Origin: a virus
Strand: one strand, 5' to 3'
Virus record (IMG/VR): IMGVR_UViG_3300023179_000057
Coordinates: 1 to 64,000 of that record
Length of the DNA stretch: 64,000 bases
The position numbers and the translations under genes were made by a program. Positions within the stretch are counted from its first letter, which is position 1. Every line of letters starts with the position of its first letter. The notes beneath the pieces were generated by a model that saw only the letters and a list, made by a program, of their open reading frames with translations, had not been told where the DNA came from and made no database searches. Shown piece by piece: positions 26,798-39,000 of the stretch.

Positions 26798-27946
26798 ATG
26801 TCGGAACAAAACACAAATCTAGAAAAAAATTATCCAGGTGCTAGTGCAGGCGCTGAAATCAACTCAGCAGGCTCATTAGTATCAGGTGGTGTTGGTAGTG
26901 CAACAGGTTTAAACTCTGCAGGTTCTTCTGTAGGATCACAACTTGGTAATACTGCTACTGCAGGCTTTGGTGTAACAACTGGAGCAAACGCAGTAAACCC
27001 AACTGGTTCTGCAGGCGGTATATTAGCCCCAGAGCAAGCACGTCGTTTTATTGACTACGTATGGGATGCAACAGTTCTCGCTAAGGATGGCCGTCGTGTC
27101 ACCATGAGAGCAAACACCATGGAAATTGAGAAAGTAAACGTTGGAGAGCGTGTAATTCGTGCTGCTGCACAAGGAGCACCTGATTATACAAACACTGGCG
27201 CAACCTTTACAAAAGTTGAATTAACCACCAAAAAGATTCGTCTTGATTGGGAAGTATCAACTGAAGCACTTGAAGACAATATTGAAGGTGGTGCACTTGA
27301 AGATCATCTAGTACGCTTGATGACAAATGCATTCGCAAACGATATTGAAGATCTTGCTATCAACGGTCTTGGAACAGGTGCAGACGCATTCCTTTCAATT
27401 ATGGCAGGATTCGTAAAGCAAACTCGTGGAACAGTAGGAAATGCTGCTCACGAATATGCTGCAACAGTTTCAGACAATAACTACACTACATCAGTAATGC
27501 AAGGTTTGCTATTAGCAATGCCTCGCAAGTATCGTGCACTTAAGAGCAATCTAAAGTTCTACGCAGGTACTGATGCATTTGCTGGTATCGTTCGTAACAA
27601 CGGTACACTTGCAGACGCCATTTCATCAGCATTTGCTGATCGTATTGGTAGCACACAAGCAAATCGTCAAGAATTCCTTGATGGTGGAGCACAGACACTA
27701 GGTAACTCACGTACAACTCGTGTACTTGGTGTAGATGTTCTTGAGGTTCCTTACTATCCTGCAGGTTATGTTGATTTAACATTCCCTCAGAACCGTGTAT
27801 GGGGCTTCCAGAGAGACATCACTGTAAACCGTGAATACAAGCCAAAGAAAGACACAATTGAATACACAGTATTCGTACGCTTTGGTATTCAATGGGAAGA
27901 ACTAGATGCAGTCGCATATGTTGACTCAGATAGCGCTGATTCCTAA
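26798..27946 (+). CDS. Major capsid protein (HK97 fold)
   Basis: GGIL.PEQA..FID, E.LEDNIEG, DIEDLAING; GGAGGTG RBS; followed by terminator. Confidence 0.9.
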   Translation: MSEQNTNLEKNYPGASAGAEINSAGSLVSGGVGSATGLNSAGSSVGSQLGNTATAGFGVTTGANAVNPTGSAGGILAPEQARRFIDYVWDATVLAKDGRRVTMRANTMEIEKVNVGERVIRAAAQGAPDYTNTGATFTKVELTTKKIRLDWEVSTEALEDNIEGGALEDHLVRLMTNAFANDIEDLAINGLGTGADAFLSIMAGFVKQTRGTVGNAAHEYAATVSDNNYTTSVMQGLLLAMPRKYRALKSNLKFYAGTDAFAGIVRNNGTLADAISSAFADRIGSTQANRQEFLDGGAQTLGNSRTTRVLGVDVLEVPYYPAGYVDLTFPQNRVWGFQRDITVNREYKPKKDTIEYTVFVRFGIQWEELDAVAYVDSDSADS

Positions 27947-27965
27947 AATATAACAATCACGTACT

Positions 27966-28000
27966 AGGGAGGGCGGTATAAAAACCGTCCTCCTTATTGT
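27966..28000 (+). terminator. Intrinsic terminator after capsid gene
   Basis: GGGAGGGCGGT/ACCGTCCTCCT stem and T-rich tail. Confidence 0.8.
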
Positions 28001-28021
28001 TATTCTGATGGTATAATTACA

Positions 28022-28396
28022 ATGGAGTACAGGAGAATTATGAATACAACAATGGAAGAATTATCAACTAAAAGTGTATTAGCATTAAAATCATATGCTA
28101 AAAAAAATAATATAGAGTTATTTGACGCAAGTACTAAACTTGAAATTTTGGAAATTATTGCTAGTTGGTTTCCACCAGAAAATAAAGAAGAGCGTGTAGA
28201 AGAAGCAGACAAGGCTGAAAACCTAATAAATAAGGTAGCCTTATACTCAGACAAAAACCTTCACATGGATAACCTAGGCGCATTAAAAGTGGGGTATAAC
28301 ATAGTGTCAAAGGAGGCATCGGAAAAGTGGCTAACTCACAGGCTGGTACGAATAGCATCACCTGAAGAATTAGCATCTTATTACCGTAAAGATTAA
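28022..28396 (+). CDS. Hypothetical protein with Rho-N/HeH-like motif
   Basis: L..KSV..LKSYAK.NNI....TK.EIL. Confidence 0.65.
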   Translation: MEYRRIMNTTMEELSTKSVLALKSYAKKNNIELFDASTKLEILEIIASWFPPENKEERVEEADKAENLINKVALYSDKNLHMDNLGALKVGYNIVSKEASEKWLTHRLVRIASPEELASYYRKD

Positions 28397-29397
28397 TGTC
28401 AACAATACTCCGTTTACCACCATACCCGCTTTCTGTAACTTACAAAGTGCCAGATGAGACAGCAGACTATATTCTTGTTGTTGAAGATGTACCAGAACAA
28501 ACAGAAATTGAAGAATTTATTAGCGGAGAATCTGGCTTAACATCATCATCAGAAGGAACAATAACATTTGAACTAAGCGGAGACTTTATTAAATATGATA
28601 AGTCCTATGCAGTAACTATATACGAAGATATTAATGGAGAGCGTGGCGACATTGTAGTTGAAGATAACCTACAAATTGAACGACCATATGTAGATCCAAC
28701 AGCGCTAGCAATTGCAAATGGTGAAACATCTGCAACAGATATTGCTAAATATAAAGAGTATGAGTCTTTGGCAAGAGCAATTATTGATACAATAGTTGAT
28801 GGTTTTTATTACAAGCGCAAATATCTTGAAGTAGTTGGACAAGAAACGGATTATATTCCGCTTTGGGATAGAACACATAAAATATTAAAAGCATATGAAA
28901 ATGCAGAACTAGTCTATGACATTGATGATGCAGATGGTCCAGCATTGGGAGACTATAATTATTTAATTACTAAAGATAAGACTGCAATTACAAAAGACCC
29001 AGTACAGACAACAGACTCTCTTAATAGAGCAGAGAGACGTCCTTCAAGAATTCCTGTAGCGTCATCAGATTCATTTGCAATATTTGATACAGAAGATAGC
29101 GGAAATGTTCAAACTATCACTGCTGGTGTTGGATTTCCACAAGGCACAGATTATATTTTCTTAGTAGAAACAGGGTATAAAGTAGTTCCTATTGACATTC
29201 AAGATGCAACAAAGTTATTAATTAATGATATTAAATGTGGCAAACTAGACTATTATAAGAGATATGTCAAAAACTACAGCACTGATCAATTTAAAATTGA
29301 GTACGACAAGAGAATGATTGAGGGTACTGGAAATATTATTGTAGACAAGATTTTGTCTAAATATGTTGATAATATTGTTCGTCCTGGAGTTTTATAA
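28396..29397 (+). CDS. Head-tail adaptor
   Basis: Position; ARAIID, GY..VP.DI..AT..L, VDKIL.KY. Confidence 0.7.
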   Translation: MSTILRLPPYPLSVTYKVPDETADYILVVEDVPEQTEIEEFISGESGLTSSSEGTITFELSGDFIKYDKSYAVTIYEDINGERGDIVVEDNLQIERPYVDPTALAIANGETSATDIAKYKEYESLARAIIDTIVDGFYYKRKYLEVVGQETDYIPLWDRTHKILKAYENAELVYDIDDADGPALGDYNYLITKDKTAITKDPVQTTDSLNRAERRPSRIPVASSDSFAIFDTEDSGNVQTITAGVGFPQGTDYIFLVETGYKVVPIDIQDATKLLINDIKCGKLDYYKRYVKNYSTDQFKIEYDKRMIEGTGNIIVDKILSKYVDNIVRPGVL

Positions 29398-29846
29398 TGA
29401 ACTCATGTGAAGTTACAGACTTTATGTATCCAATGAAGGCTGATGTATACTTTCCAATTCTTACACAAGGTGATTATGGTCAACCTAAAAAAGACTGGGT
29501 TTACGATAGAACAATAATCTGCAATGCAACACCAGTAGGTGGATTAGGAACAGAAGATATTAAGCCTGAAGCATTTTTACAATACGAAAATAAACTTATT
29601 GCAAGAACTCAAAATGATCCTAGACTATCTTCAAATAATGCAAATAATGCAACAACAAATATACTTGTTACAAACGTAAGAGATGCAAGCGATAATATAA
29701 TTTATAAAGAAACTGCTGGGCCAAGATCTGGCAGGGGAACAATTTATGAAATAGCAACAGTTGAGCCATTTACTGGCCCATTTGGATCTACGGAATATTA
29801 TAAAATGTTGTGGCGTAGAACTGAAAATCAGACTGTAGGTGACTAA
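29397..29846 (+). CDS. Head closure/stopper protein
   Basis: Synteny and size. Confidence 0.6.
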   Translation: MNSCEVTDFMYPMKADVYFPILTQGDYGQPKKDWVYDRTIICNATPVGGLGTEDIKPEAFLQYENKLIARTQNDPRLSSNNANNATTNILVTNVRDASDNIIYKETAGPRSGRGTIYEIATVEPFTGPFGSTEYYKMLWRRTENQTVGD

Positions 29847-30523
29847 TGATTGTCAATACAAATACCCTTTCTTTTACTAAACAAATGAATAATATTGTAA
29901 ATTATTCTCTTGGATTTTTAGAAGGTGTAAATCGTGGTAAAAAAATATTTCTTGATAAATTAGGTCTAGGCGTTATTCAATCTTTATCACAATATATAGA
30001 TGTACAAGCAAGAGCAAATCCAAGCGCCTTACACCATGTTTATGAATGGAACCAAACTGGAAGTCCAAGTGCAAGATTGTTTGATTTAAGATACACAGTT
30101 AGTAATCTTGGATTATCTGTTGGATCTACCTTTAGACAATCAAGAAGTGTATCTGAAAATATGACAGCACCATTTTATGACAAAGCAAGAATTATGGAAA
30201 ATGGTATTCCAGTTACAATTGCACCAACTAAATCAAAAGTATTAAAATTTAACGGTCCTAATGGAGAAGTATTTACAAGTAAACCAATTAAAGTAGAAAA
30301 TCCAGGAGGAGATGCTGTATATAAAGGCTTTGAGTCTACCTTTGATGAATTTATGACAAGATATTTTAAACAATCATTTTTAAGAGCATCTGGCTTGTAT
30401 GACTATATTAAAAAACCAACACTATACAAAAAGAATCTTAAGGCTGGATCAAAAATGGGAAGAAACAAAGGTATTGATACAGGATTTAAGTGGATTACTA
30501 ATGCAACAATTGGGGTAGAATAG
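29846..30523 (+). CDS. Neck/tail completion protein
   Basis: Synteny; MENG, V.NPGG. Confidence 0.6.
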   Translation: MIVNTNTLSFTKQMNNIVNYSLGFLEGVNRGKKIFLDKLGLGVIQSLSQYIDVQARANPSALHHVYEWNQTGSPSARLFDLRYTVSNLGLSVGSTFRQSRSVSENMTAPFYDKARIMENGIPVTIAPTKSKVLKFNGPNGEVFTSKPIKVENPGGDAVYKGFESTFDEFMTRYFKQSFLRASGLYDYIKKPTLYKKNLKAGSKMGRNKGIDTGFKWITNATIGVE

Positions 30524-30527
30524 AGTC

Positions 30528-31121
30528 ATGAGTTTATTAACAGATACTGGTTTTCCACCAACATTTTTAAATAGGTACGTTTTATCTGAATTAGCATTTT
30601 ATGGGCTTGTTGCAGAATCAGACCTCGTTAATCCAACTCCTATGGTTCCAGCACAATTTCCAACCAATATTGAAGACTTATATAATGACAGTATTCAAAT
30701 AAGACAAACCGAAAGTCCAGTTCTTATTGTTTACGATAGACTTATGAGATTTAGGCCTACTCCATTTTATGCTCATAAAAGAGAGCAACTTATATACTTT
30801 ATATATTCTACAGATGTAGGTAAATTGATAGACTCTGTACGTGTTATTTCAAATGCCCTTGATCGTGAAGATGCTTCAGCCCAAGAAGTAAATTCTTATA
30901 ATATTTCAAATCCAATATTAAATTCTGCTGGAGAGGTATCTATTCCATATAATATTTATTTTCATAATACCAGGGTATACCAAGCAGATGAAAGCAGAGA
31001 CGTAGCAGAACTAGCCTCAGCCAGAACCCTTTTTGTAAATAAATTAATTGTTGAGTATGATTATCACATAAGCAGCCCAATGACAATTAATGGGGTTTCC
31101 GTAAAGTCTAGATATACATAA
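30528..31121 (+). CDS. Tail terminator-like protein
   Basis: Directly before the major tail gene. Confidence 0.55.
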   Translation: MSLLTDTGFPPTFLNRYVLSELAFYGLVAESDLVNPTPMVPAQFPTNIEDLYNDSIQIRQTESPVLIVYDRLMRFRPTPFYAHKREQLIYFIYSTDVGKLIDSVRVISNALDREDASAQEVNSYNISNPILNSAGEVSIPYNIYFHNTRVYQADESRDVAELASARTLFVNKLIVEYDYHISSPMTINGVSVKSRYT

Positions 31122-31192
31122 AAGGCGGTATAATTAAGTTTGAGGAAACACGCCAAACAACTTAATATACTTTATGAAAGAGGTGAAAGAAT

Positions 31193-31825
31193 ATGCCATA
31201 TAGCCGTGGTACGTCAAACAACATTATCGTTGGTGCAGCAGCATTATTTATTGCTGATACAACTTTAACTCCAGGAACACTGGAGGCTTTTGATGCAAGC
31301 GAGTCTTTTAAAGACACACTTACAGACGAAGCAGATTACACTAACATAGGTTATACCATGAATGGTTTGGAATTACAATTCCAACCAGACTTCGGTGAAG
31401 TTCAGGTAGACCAAATCCTTGACGTTGCAAAACTATATAAGCAAGGTATGCAGGTTAATCTTGCAACCGCTTTTGCTGAAGCAACCCTAGAAAACTTGCT
31501 TCTTGCATTAGCATTTTCTGACGCACAACTTACAGGAAATAAAAACGCATCTACAGGTCAAGCATTAAACTTGTCTGCAGGTGAACTTGGAGAATGTCCA
31601 GTAGAACGAGGAATCGTTGCAATTGGACCAGGAACTGGCGATTGCGATGCCTCTGATTCCGTTGAGCGTGTTTACACAGCATACCGTGCTCTATCAATTG
31701 AGAACGTAACTGTATCCGCAAAGCGTGACGAAGCGTCAATGTTTGAAGTTTCATTCCGTTTACTTCCAGAAGATGCTTCAGGATCCTATGGTAAGATCGT
31801 AGATCGTACTTGGGGACAATCATAA
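31193..31825 (+). CDS. Major tail tube protein
   Basis: NIIVGAA.LF, GYT.NG.E, VDQ, EATLENL; followed by terminator. Confidence 0.85.
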   Translation: MPYSRGTSNNIIVGAAALFIADTTLTPGTLEAFDASESFKDTLTDEADYTNIGYTMNGLELQFQPDFGEVQVDQILDVAKLYKQGMQVNLATAFAEATLENLLLALAFSDAQLTGNKNASTGQALNLSAGELGECPVERGIVAIGPGTGDCDASDSVERVYTAYRALSIENVTVSAKRDEASMFEVSFRLLPEDASGSYGKIVDRTWGQS

Positions 31826-31839
31826 TCTAGTTTTAGATT

Positions 31840-31879
31840 AAACAAAGACCCACCTTTAATTAGGTGGGTTTTTTGTTTT
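31840..31879 (+). terminator. Intrinsic terminator after tail tube gene
   Basis: GACCCACCT-ttaatt-AGGTGGGTT followed by T run. Confidence 0.85.
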
Positions 31880-31902
31880 GCCTATGATAGAATAGATAAA
31901 TT

Positions 31903-32598
31903 ATGGCAACAACCGTTTATCAAAATAAAATAATAAAACTTATTGATGGTACAGAGTTAGAAATTATGCCATTAAAAATAAAATATTTGCGTGAATTTAT
32001 GGAAGAATTTGAAAATGTTAAAAAGGCCAAAAATGATGATGAAGCAATAGAGTATTTAGTAACTTGTGTAAAAGTTGCTATGAAACAATATTATCCAGAA
32101 ATATCAGTAGAAAAGTCTGATGTAGAAGATGCTTTTGATATGCCAACCATATATAAAATATTAGACGTTGCAGCAGGTATAAAAATAAATGATAAGTCAG
32201 AAGAAACTGTAAAAAATCAAGCCGAAGATAGTGGTTCCACATGGTCTGATTTAGACTTAGCAAAAATAGAAGCAGAAGTATTTTTGCTGGGAATATGGAA
32301 AGATTACAAAGAATTAGAAGAGTCTTTATCTATGCCAGAATTAATGGCTACTCTTTCTAGCCGTAGAGAACTTGATTACGAAGAAAAAAAGTTTCTTGCT
32401 GCAATTCAGGGGGTAGATTTAGATAAACAATCTGGATCTTCACGAGGGCAGAAAGAATGGGAAGACATGAAGGCTAGAGTATTTAGTAAAGGAAAAACTA
32501 GTGATAGTAAAGACATCTTAGCACTTCAAGGACAAAATGCCAAGAAAGCAGGGTTTGGCATTGGCATGGGCCTAGAGTACGAAGATTTAACAAAATAA
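31903..32598 (+). CDS. Tail assembly chaperone, long (GT-like) form
   Basis: Between tail tube and tape measure; N-half paralogous to 32657-32986. Confidence 0.7.
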   Translation: MATTVYQNKIIKLIDGTELEIMPLKIKYLREFMEEFENVKKAKNDDEAIEYLVTCVKVAMKQYYPEISVEKSDVEDAFDMPTIYKILDVAAGIKINDKSEETVKNQAEDSGSTWSDLDLAKIEAEVFLLGIWKDYKELEESLSMPELMATLSSRRELDYEEKKFLAAIQGVDLDKQSGSSRGQKEWEDMKARVFSKGKTSDSKDILALQGQNAKKAGFGIGMGLEYEDLTK

Positions 32599-32656
32599 AA
32601 TAATAAAAAATTAAGCATCACCGTGCTATAATTGACATAACCTATAGGAGGAAATA

Positions 32657-32986
32657 ATGACAACAACTACGTATGAGGAAAGTACCCTCACACTAATTGA
32701 TGGCACAAAAATTACAGTACGTCCTCTAAAAATCTCTCTACTTCGTCCATTTATGAAGAAGTTTGAGGGAGTGGGAGCAGTGGCGGAAGACAATGCAAAG
32801 TCTATGGATATTCTTATGGAATGTGTGCAGATTGCAATGAAACAATATAAGCCAGAACTCTCTGAAGACGTAAAAAAACTAGAGGAGAATATTGATCTCC
32901 CAACTGTTTACAAGATCGTAGAAGCAGCATCAGGTATCAAACTTGCCGAAGTTTCAGACGTTCTTGGCGTAACTATGGCCGAATAA
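32657..32986 (+). CDS. Tail assembly chaperone, short (G-like) form
   Basis: LIDGT...PLKI..LR.FM..FE...AMKQY.PE...D.PT.YKI...A.GIK shared with upstream gene; own promoter and GGAGG RBS. Confidence 0.7.
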   Translation: MTTTTYEESTLTLIDGTKITVRPLKISLLRPFMKKFEGVGAVAEDNAKSMDILMECVQIAMKQYKPELSEDVKKLEENIDLPTVYKIVEAASGIKLAEVSDVLGVTMAE

Positions 32987-33008
32987 TTTAAAAGAGGTGT
33001 GAAACTAA

Positions 33009-36000
33009 ATGGCTGATGTTAATGCTAATATTGACATTAATATTGATTCGTCTAATGCATTAGCACAACTAAAAGCGTTACAACGTCAGATATCTCAGTT
33101 TCACACCTCAATAGCCAGATCAAGTGAAGCAGCAGCCCTTGCTCAAAAGGGATTACAAAAAAATCTTTTAAATAGCATTAACGCCATCGGTGCATTTACT
33201 GCCGAGATGCGTACAGTTAGAACATCTGCAGAATCATTTACTGACTCATTAGAAAAAAATAAATTTTCAATGCGTGAGTACTTCCGCTATGCGGGAGCAT
33301 CTACAAAAACTTTTGGAAGACTATTTAAATCTGAATTTGACACAATTGGCAAGGTAGCCGAAGAACGTGTAAAGAGATTACAAACTCAATATATTAAGAT
33401 GGGCCGTGATACAAACGGTGCAATGAGAGCAATTGCTGTTATGCCAACACAATTGAACATGAATGATTATACAACTCAAGTTCAGATGGCAGCACAGAAA
33501 CAAGCATTGTTCAATCAATTAATGAAACAAGGCTCTACCAATCTTTTAAATTTTGGTAAGAATACACAATGGGCTGGTCGTCAGTTAATGGTTGGTTTTA
33601 CCTTGCCATTAATGGCAGTAGGTACAGCAGCCACTAAAACCTTTATGGACATGGAAGCACAGGCTCTTAGGTTTAGAAAAGTTTATGGAGATTTATTTAC
33701 ACCACAAGAAGAAACAAAACAAGTATTAGATAATATTACAGAATTAGGAAAGCAGTTTACTAAATATGGTGTAGCAGTTTCTACTACTGTCGGTTTGGCA
33801 GCAGAGGCTGCAGCAGCAGGCTTCCAAGGATTAGATTTACAACGTCAAACCACAGAAGCAACACGTCTTTCTATCCTTGGTCAAATTGATAGTCAAAAGG
33901 CACTTGAAACAACAATTTCTTTACAAAATGCTTTTGGCATGTCATCTGAAAAATTAGCAGATGCGATTAACTTCTTAAACGCAGTAGAAAACCAAACCGT
34001 TGTATCTCTTGACGACATCACTACGGCTATTCCAAAAGTAGCCCCAGTTATTCAACAATTAGGTGGCGATGTAAGAGATTTAACATTCTTTATGGCAGCC
34101 ATGAAGGAAGGTGGTATTAATGCATCAGAAGGTGCTAACGCTTTAAAGTCTGGTCTTGCAGCATTGATCAATCCAACTAAAAAAGCATCTGAAATGCTTG
34201 CAGGATTTGGAATTAATGCAACCGCAATTGTTGAAAAAAATAAAGGAAATCTTAAGGCAACAGTAGTTGAATTTGCAAATGCACTTAATGCTTTAGATCC
34301 TCTATCAAGAGCAAGAGCAATTGAGCAGATGTTTGGAAAGTTCCAGTTTGCTCGTCTATCAACATTATTTGCTAACGTTGCAAAGGATGGCAATCAGGCT
34401 GCTCGTGTTCTTGATCTAGCAAATTCTTCAGTAGAAGAACTTTCTGCATTATCTGAACAAGAATTAGGAATGACTGCAGACTCTGCAATGAACAAGTTTA
34501 AGAAAACAGTTGAAGATCTTAAGGTTGCACTTGTTCCAGTTGGTCAAGCATTTTTAGAGGCTGTTACTCCAATTATTGATTTTGTTGGAAATGTTCTTGA
34601 AAGGTTTGCTAACCTATCTTCTGGAACAAAAAGATTAATTACCTTACTAACGGTTGGCATTGGTGCCGTTGGTCCAGTATTACTTATGACATTTGGTTTG
34701 CTTGCAAACGGTATAGCCAATATTATTAAACTATTTTTAACCCTTCGTGGAGGATATCAAAGACTAACTGGACAAACACAAATATTGGGAGAGCAAACTC
34801 AATATATGACAAGCGAACAACTAGATGCAGCATCAGCAGCACATTCGCTTGATCAAACACACGCCAAACTAACACAAACATTTACAGCAGAAGCAACTGC
34901 TATTAATCAACTAATTCAAGCATACACATCAGCAGCAGGAGCAGCAAGAAATTTCGCAATGAATAATCCTGGAATGATGTTGCCAGGAAGAGGTGCTAAA
35001 AGACTAGCAAGCGGTATTGTTTCAGTTCCTGGACCAAAAGGAGCAGGGGATGTAGTTCCAGCAATGCTATCTCCAGGAGAAGCAGTTATTCCTACAGATA
35101 TGGCAAAGAAGTATGCACCATTAATTAATGGAATGATTGCAGATAAAATTCCTGGATTCCAAGTTGGTAAAGGATTTAAGAATGCCACAATGTTCTTACC
35201 AGAAGGAATCAATACAGCAATGGGAGATCCTAGAGGTAGAGGTGTTTCAGCATCTGCAGTATCACAATATTTAGGTAGTGCTGGTGGTGGAGTTATGGGG
35301 CCATTGCTTGCAGTTATTGGAAGAGAAATTAAAGTTGGAATTAATAATCCTAAGTTTAAATCAGAATTTATTGAAGTAGCAAATCTTTTTACAAAAACAG
35401 CAACAGATGCTTTAAATCAATCTGGAAGAGAATTTATTAAAGATGCAGATCTAGAAGAAATAGTTGTTCCAGCACTTCGTGATGCAGCAAAAGGAATTAA
35501 AATTGCTGGAAAAGATATTGATGTTGCACTTGAAAATGCAATTAATCAAATTAGAACAGTAGGACCAGTTGGCGTTGGATCAGGATCTATGGGCGGAATT
35601 GGAAGAACTGCGCTTCCAGGATCTTACAGGGGAGCAAGAAAAGCAGCACAACAATTTGCATTGTCACAAAATCCAGAAATGTTTCGTCAAACAGAACGTT
35701 TTTCACAAAGCAAAGGAAAAACATTAAAATCTTTTCAAACTTTAGACCCTATGCTAAATCAGTGGCAAGTTGCAACAATGTCACATATTACGACATCTAT
35801 TACTGCAAGTGCAGAAGAATTAACAAGACAAATGACGCCATACCTTGGAGATGTTGGTGCAAAAGTAACAGAAGCAATTACAAAAAATGTTACAAGTGGA
35901 GCAATTAAACAAGCAAAAGTTGCATCTCCTTCAAGAGAAACAGAAATGGTTGGAGCAAGCATAGGTCAAGGATTTATAGTTGGCGGAAAACAATATATTG

Positions 36001-39000
36001 ATGATGCAAAGGTAGTAGGTCAACAACTTGGCGCAGGCATGGTTCAAACAGCATCTGGATTATTTGTTCCAGGTGGAGCAGTAGGACAGCCACCAAGAAC
36101 AACTGGTGCGGGAGTTCCTTTATCAGTAATAACAGAAAATGCAAGACGTAATAGAGAACAACTTCTTGCAACACAACAACAAAGACGAACAGCAGCAATG
36201 AATGCAAGGATGAACTCACTCAATAAGGCATTTATGAGTGGCACTTTTGCTTTATCTGCACTATCTGGTGTTGCTTCAATGGCTGGTGGAAATTTAGGAA
36301 AATTTTCTGAAATATTATTTCAAATAAGTGGACCATTGTTTGCTTTGTCATCAGTAATACAACTATTGACTGGAGAAAAAATAGTTGGTTTAATATCTAG
36401 ATTTAAGGTTGCATTTGGATTAACATCTGTAGCGCTTCTTGCAGGAGTTGGAATAATTAAACTTATTAACAGTGCAAGAGAAAAAGAATTAGAATATATT
36501 TATGGTCTTTCAAATGCAATGAAGACCACAACAGATCAGGTAAAAACTCTTGGAGACTTCTTTGGAGTAGTTCCAACGAAACTTCCTTTTGAGGGAAGAA
36601 ATAGAGAAATTGTTAGAAAAGATGTAAGAACTGCAAGAGATAGACTAAGGGCAGATGAATCATTTCAAAAACAATTTGCTTTACAAATTAATACACTTTC
36701 TAAGGCAACTGCTCAACAAGCACAACTAGCATTTACATCTTTAGCACTTAATTTAAGAGCACAAGGTTTTGCTGAAGAACAGGTACAGACAATTATTGAT
36801 GCTCTTCGTGAAGAGGCTGGAAAAACTGATGTAAAACTAGATGTTAAATCTATTAATTTTTCTCCAGAATCAATAAAAAATATTCAGGCTCAAATAAAAC
36901 CACTTACAGATAATCTTGCAGAGCAAGTTGAAAAAGGTTTAACAAAAACAGTAGTTGTGAGTGCTGGTAAGGCTGGTGCTAGAACATATACAACACAAAC
37001 AAAAGAAGCAACAAAGGCTTTGTCAGAATTTAGTACATTTTCTTCAGAAGTTGCAAAATCTGCTGCTGGAATGTTTAGATTGGGAATTATTGATGGAAAA
37101 CAATTTGAAGAAGGCATTTATGGAATATTAGGTGCAGTAGAAGGGCTTGATGAAATATCAAGAAGGACTGCGCTTTTAGAACTATTTAAAAAACTTGATA
37201 TGGATGCAAAGCCATTTTTATCTACATTATATACTGTAAAACAAGAAATGATGTTAGTTGCTTTATTAAGTGCTGGAGTTCTTGGAAAAGATAGTCCAAT
37301 TATTAAAGCATTGTCTTCATCAGATTTAAAAACAAGAACTAGAGGAATTAATGGATTAACAAAGGCATTTGAAAATCTTTTTGGTGCTATTACAGATGTT
37401 AATAATGCGGATAAAGACACGGATGGTGGTCCAGGTGGTGCAGGTAAGTTAAATGCACTACAAGAAAGAATTAAAGCAATCCAACAACAAACACAGGCTT
37501 TCATAATATTACGTAATGCAAAAATTGATGAAAAAACTGCTACAGAACTTTCTAATGATGCAGAAATAGCATCTTTGGTTATTGCTAATAGCAAGGGTAA
37601 ATCATTAAAACAAATTATTGCTTTAGTAAAAGAATATAAAAAAGCATTAGCAGATCAAACTAAGGCAGAGTTCCAATATATGTCTGGACCAAATCTATTT
37701 AAAGCACAGTTAGAAAGAGCACAGGCTCAGGCAAATCTTCGTGAAAAATTAATTGATATGCAATTTGCACCACAAATTAAAAAAGAAAACGATGCATTGG
37801 CTGTTCAAGAAAAAAGACTAGCAGACGTAAATAAGCAAATTGAAAATGTTACAAGATCACAGATTGAGCCTATACAAGCAGTTATTGATAGCAATAATTT
37901 AGCCCTTGAAAAAATTGCATTACAAGAAGATGCAATTAATGAAAAATACAATAAACAAATAGAGGCACTTGATAAAATTGCAACAATTAATCAAGATATT
38001 GCAAACATTCAAAAACAAAGACTTTCAATTGCAGATGCCCTTACTCGTGGTGATATTTCTACTGCTGCACAGTTAGCACAAGAAGCAAGAGTAGAACAAG
38101 CACAGTCCTCAGTAACTGGACAAAAAGAAGCATTAACTGTTACTCGTGACGCACAAATTGCTGCACTTGGAAGAAATGCTCTTGAAAAACAAAATAAAGA
38201 ACTTCAACTTCAAATCAATATTATTGAGGCAACTCAACTAAAAACTTTAGAGTCACAAAAACAAACAATTGAAAGCACTATTGAGTCAATCAATTTAAAT
38301 ATTACGGCATTAAATGAACAAGTCAGGGTTACAAAAGAAGGCTATGTATATGCCAAGGGAACAAAAGAAGAAATGGATAACCTTGACACACTAATACAAT
38401 TGGCAACTGCTGCAGGTATTCCATTTACAGCGCAATTATTAGAACAGTCAAAAAATGCACAATCTCTGGCAGCAGCATTGGGTGCAGCACTTGCAGCACA
38501 AAAGGCACTTGGCTCAGGAGCAACAACTCTTCCAGAAATTATGGCAGGCGCTAAGGCTGGAACAATTACATCACAAACAATTACGCCAGAACAAAAGGCT
38601 GTAGTTTTACAGGGCATAAAACAAACAATTGCAAAAGTAAATACAACAGTAGCAAAACTAAAAAAGACTATAGGTAAAAACTATGGTGGAATAGTTCCTA
38701 AATATATGACAAACGGTGGAAGGGCTATGGGATCTGATACCGTGCCAGCAATGCTTACACCTGGAGAGTTTGTAGTAAATAAAGCAGCAACAAAAGCATA
38801 CAGGCCACTACTTGAAAGAATTAATGAATCTAAGTATCCTGGAATGCTTGGTCGTGGTGGTATGACTCAAATTCCAGTAAGTAACATTTCAACATCTGTA
38901 AGCGATAACTCAACGGCAGTGTATAATTATAATTTAGGATTCAGCATTAATGGTGCTAGTTCAAATGCCAACGATATTGCTAGAGCCGTAATGAGAGAGA

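Noticed and set aside
30511-30527. GGGGTAG before 30528 as another target of the hairpin RNA
   Set aside because: It overlaps a probable -10 element (TAGAAT, 6 nt before ATG), so it is likely promoter DNA rather than an RBS
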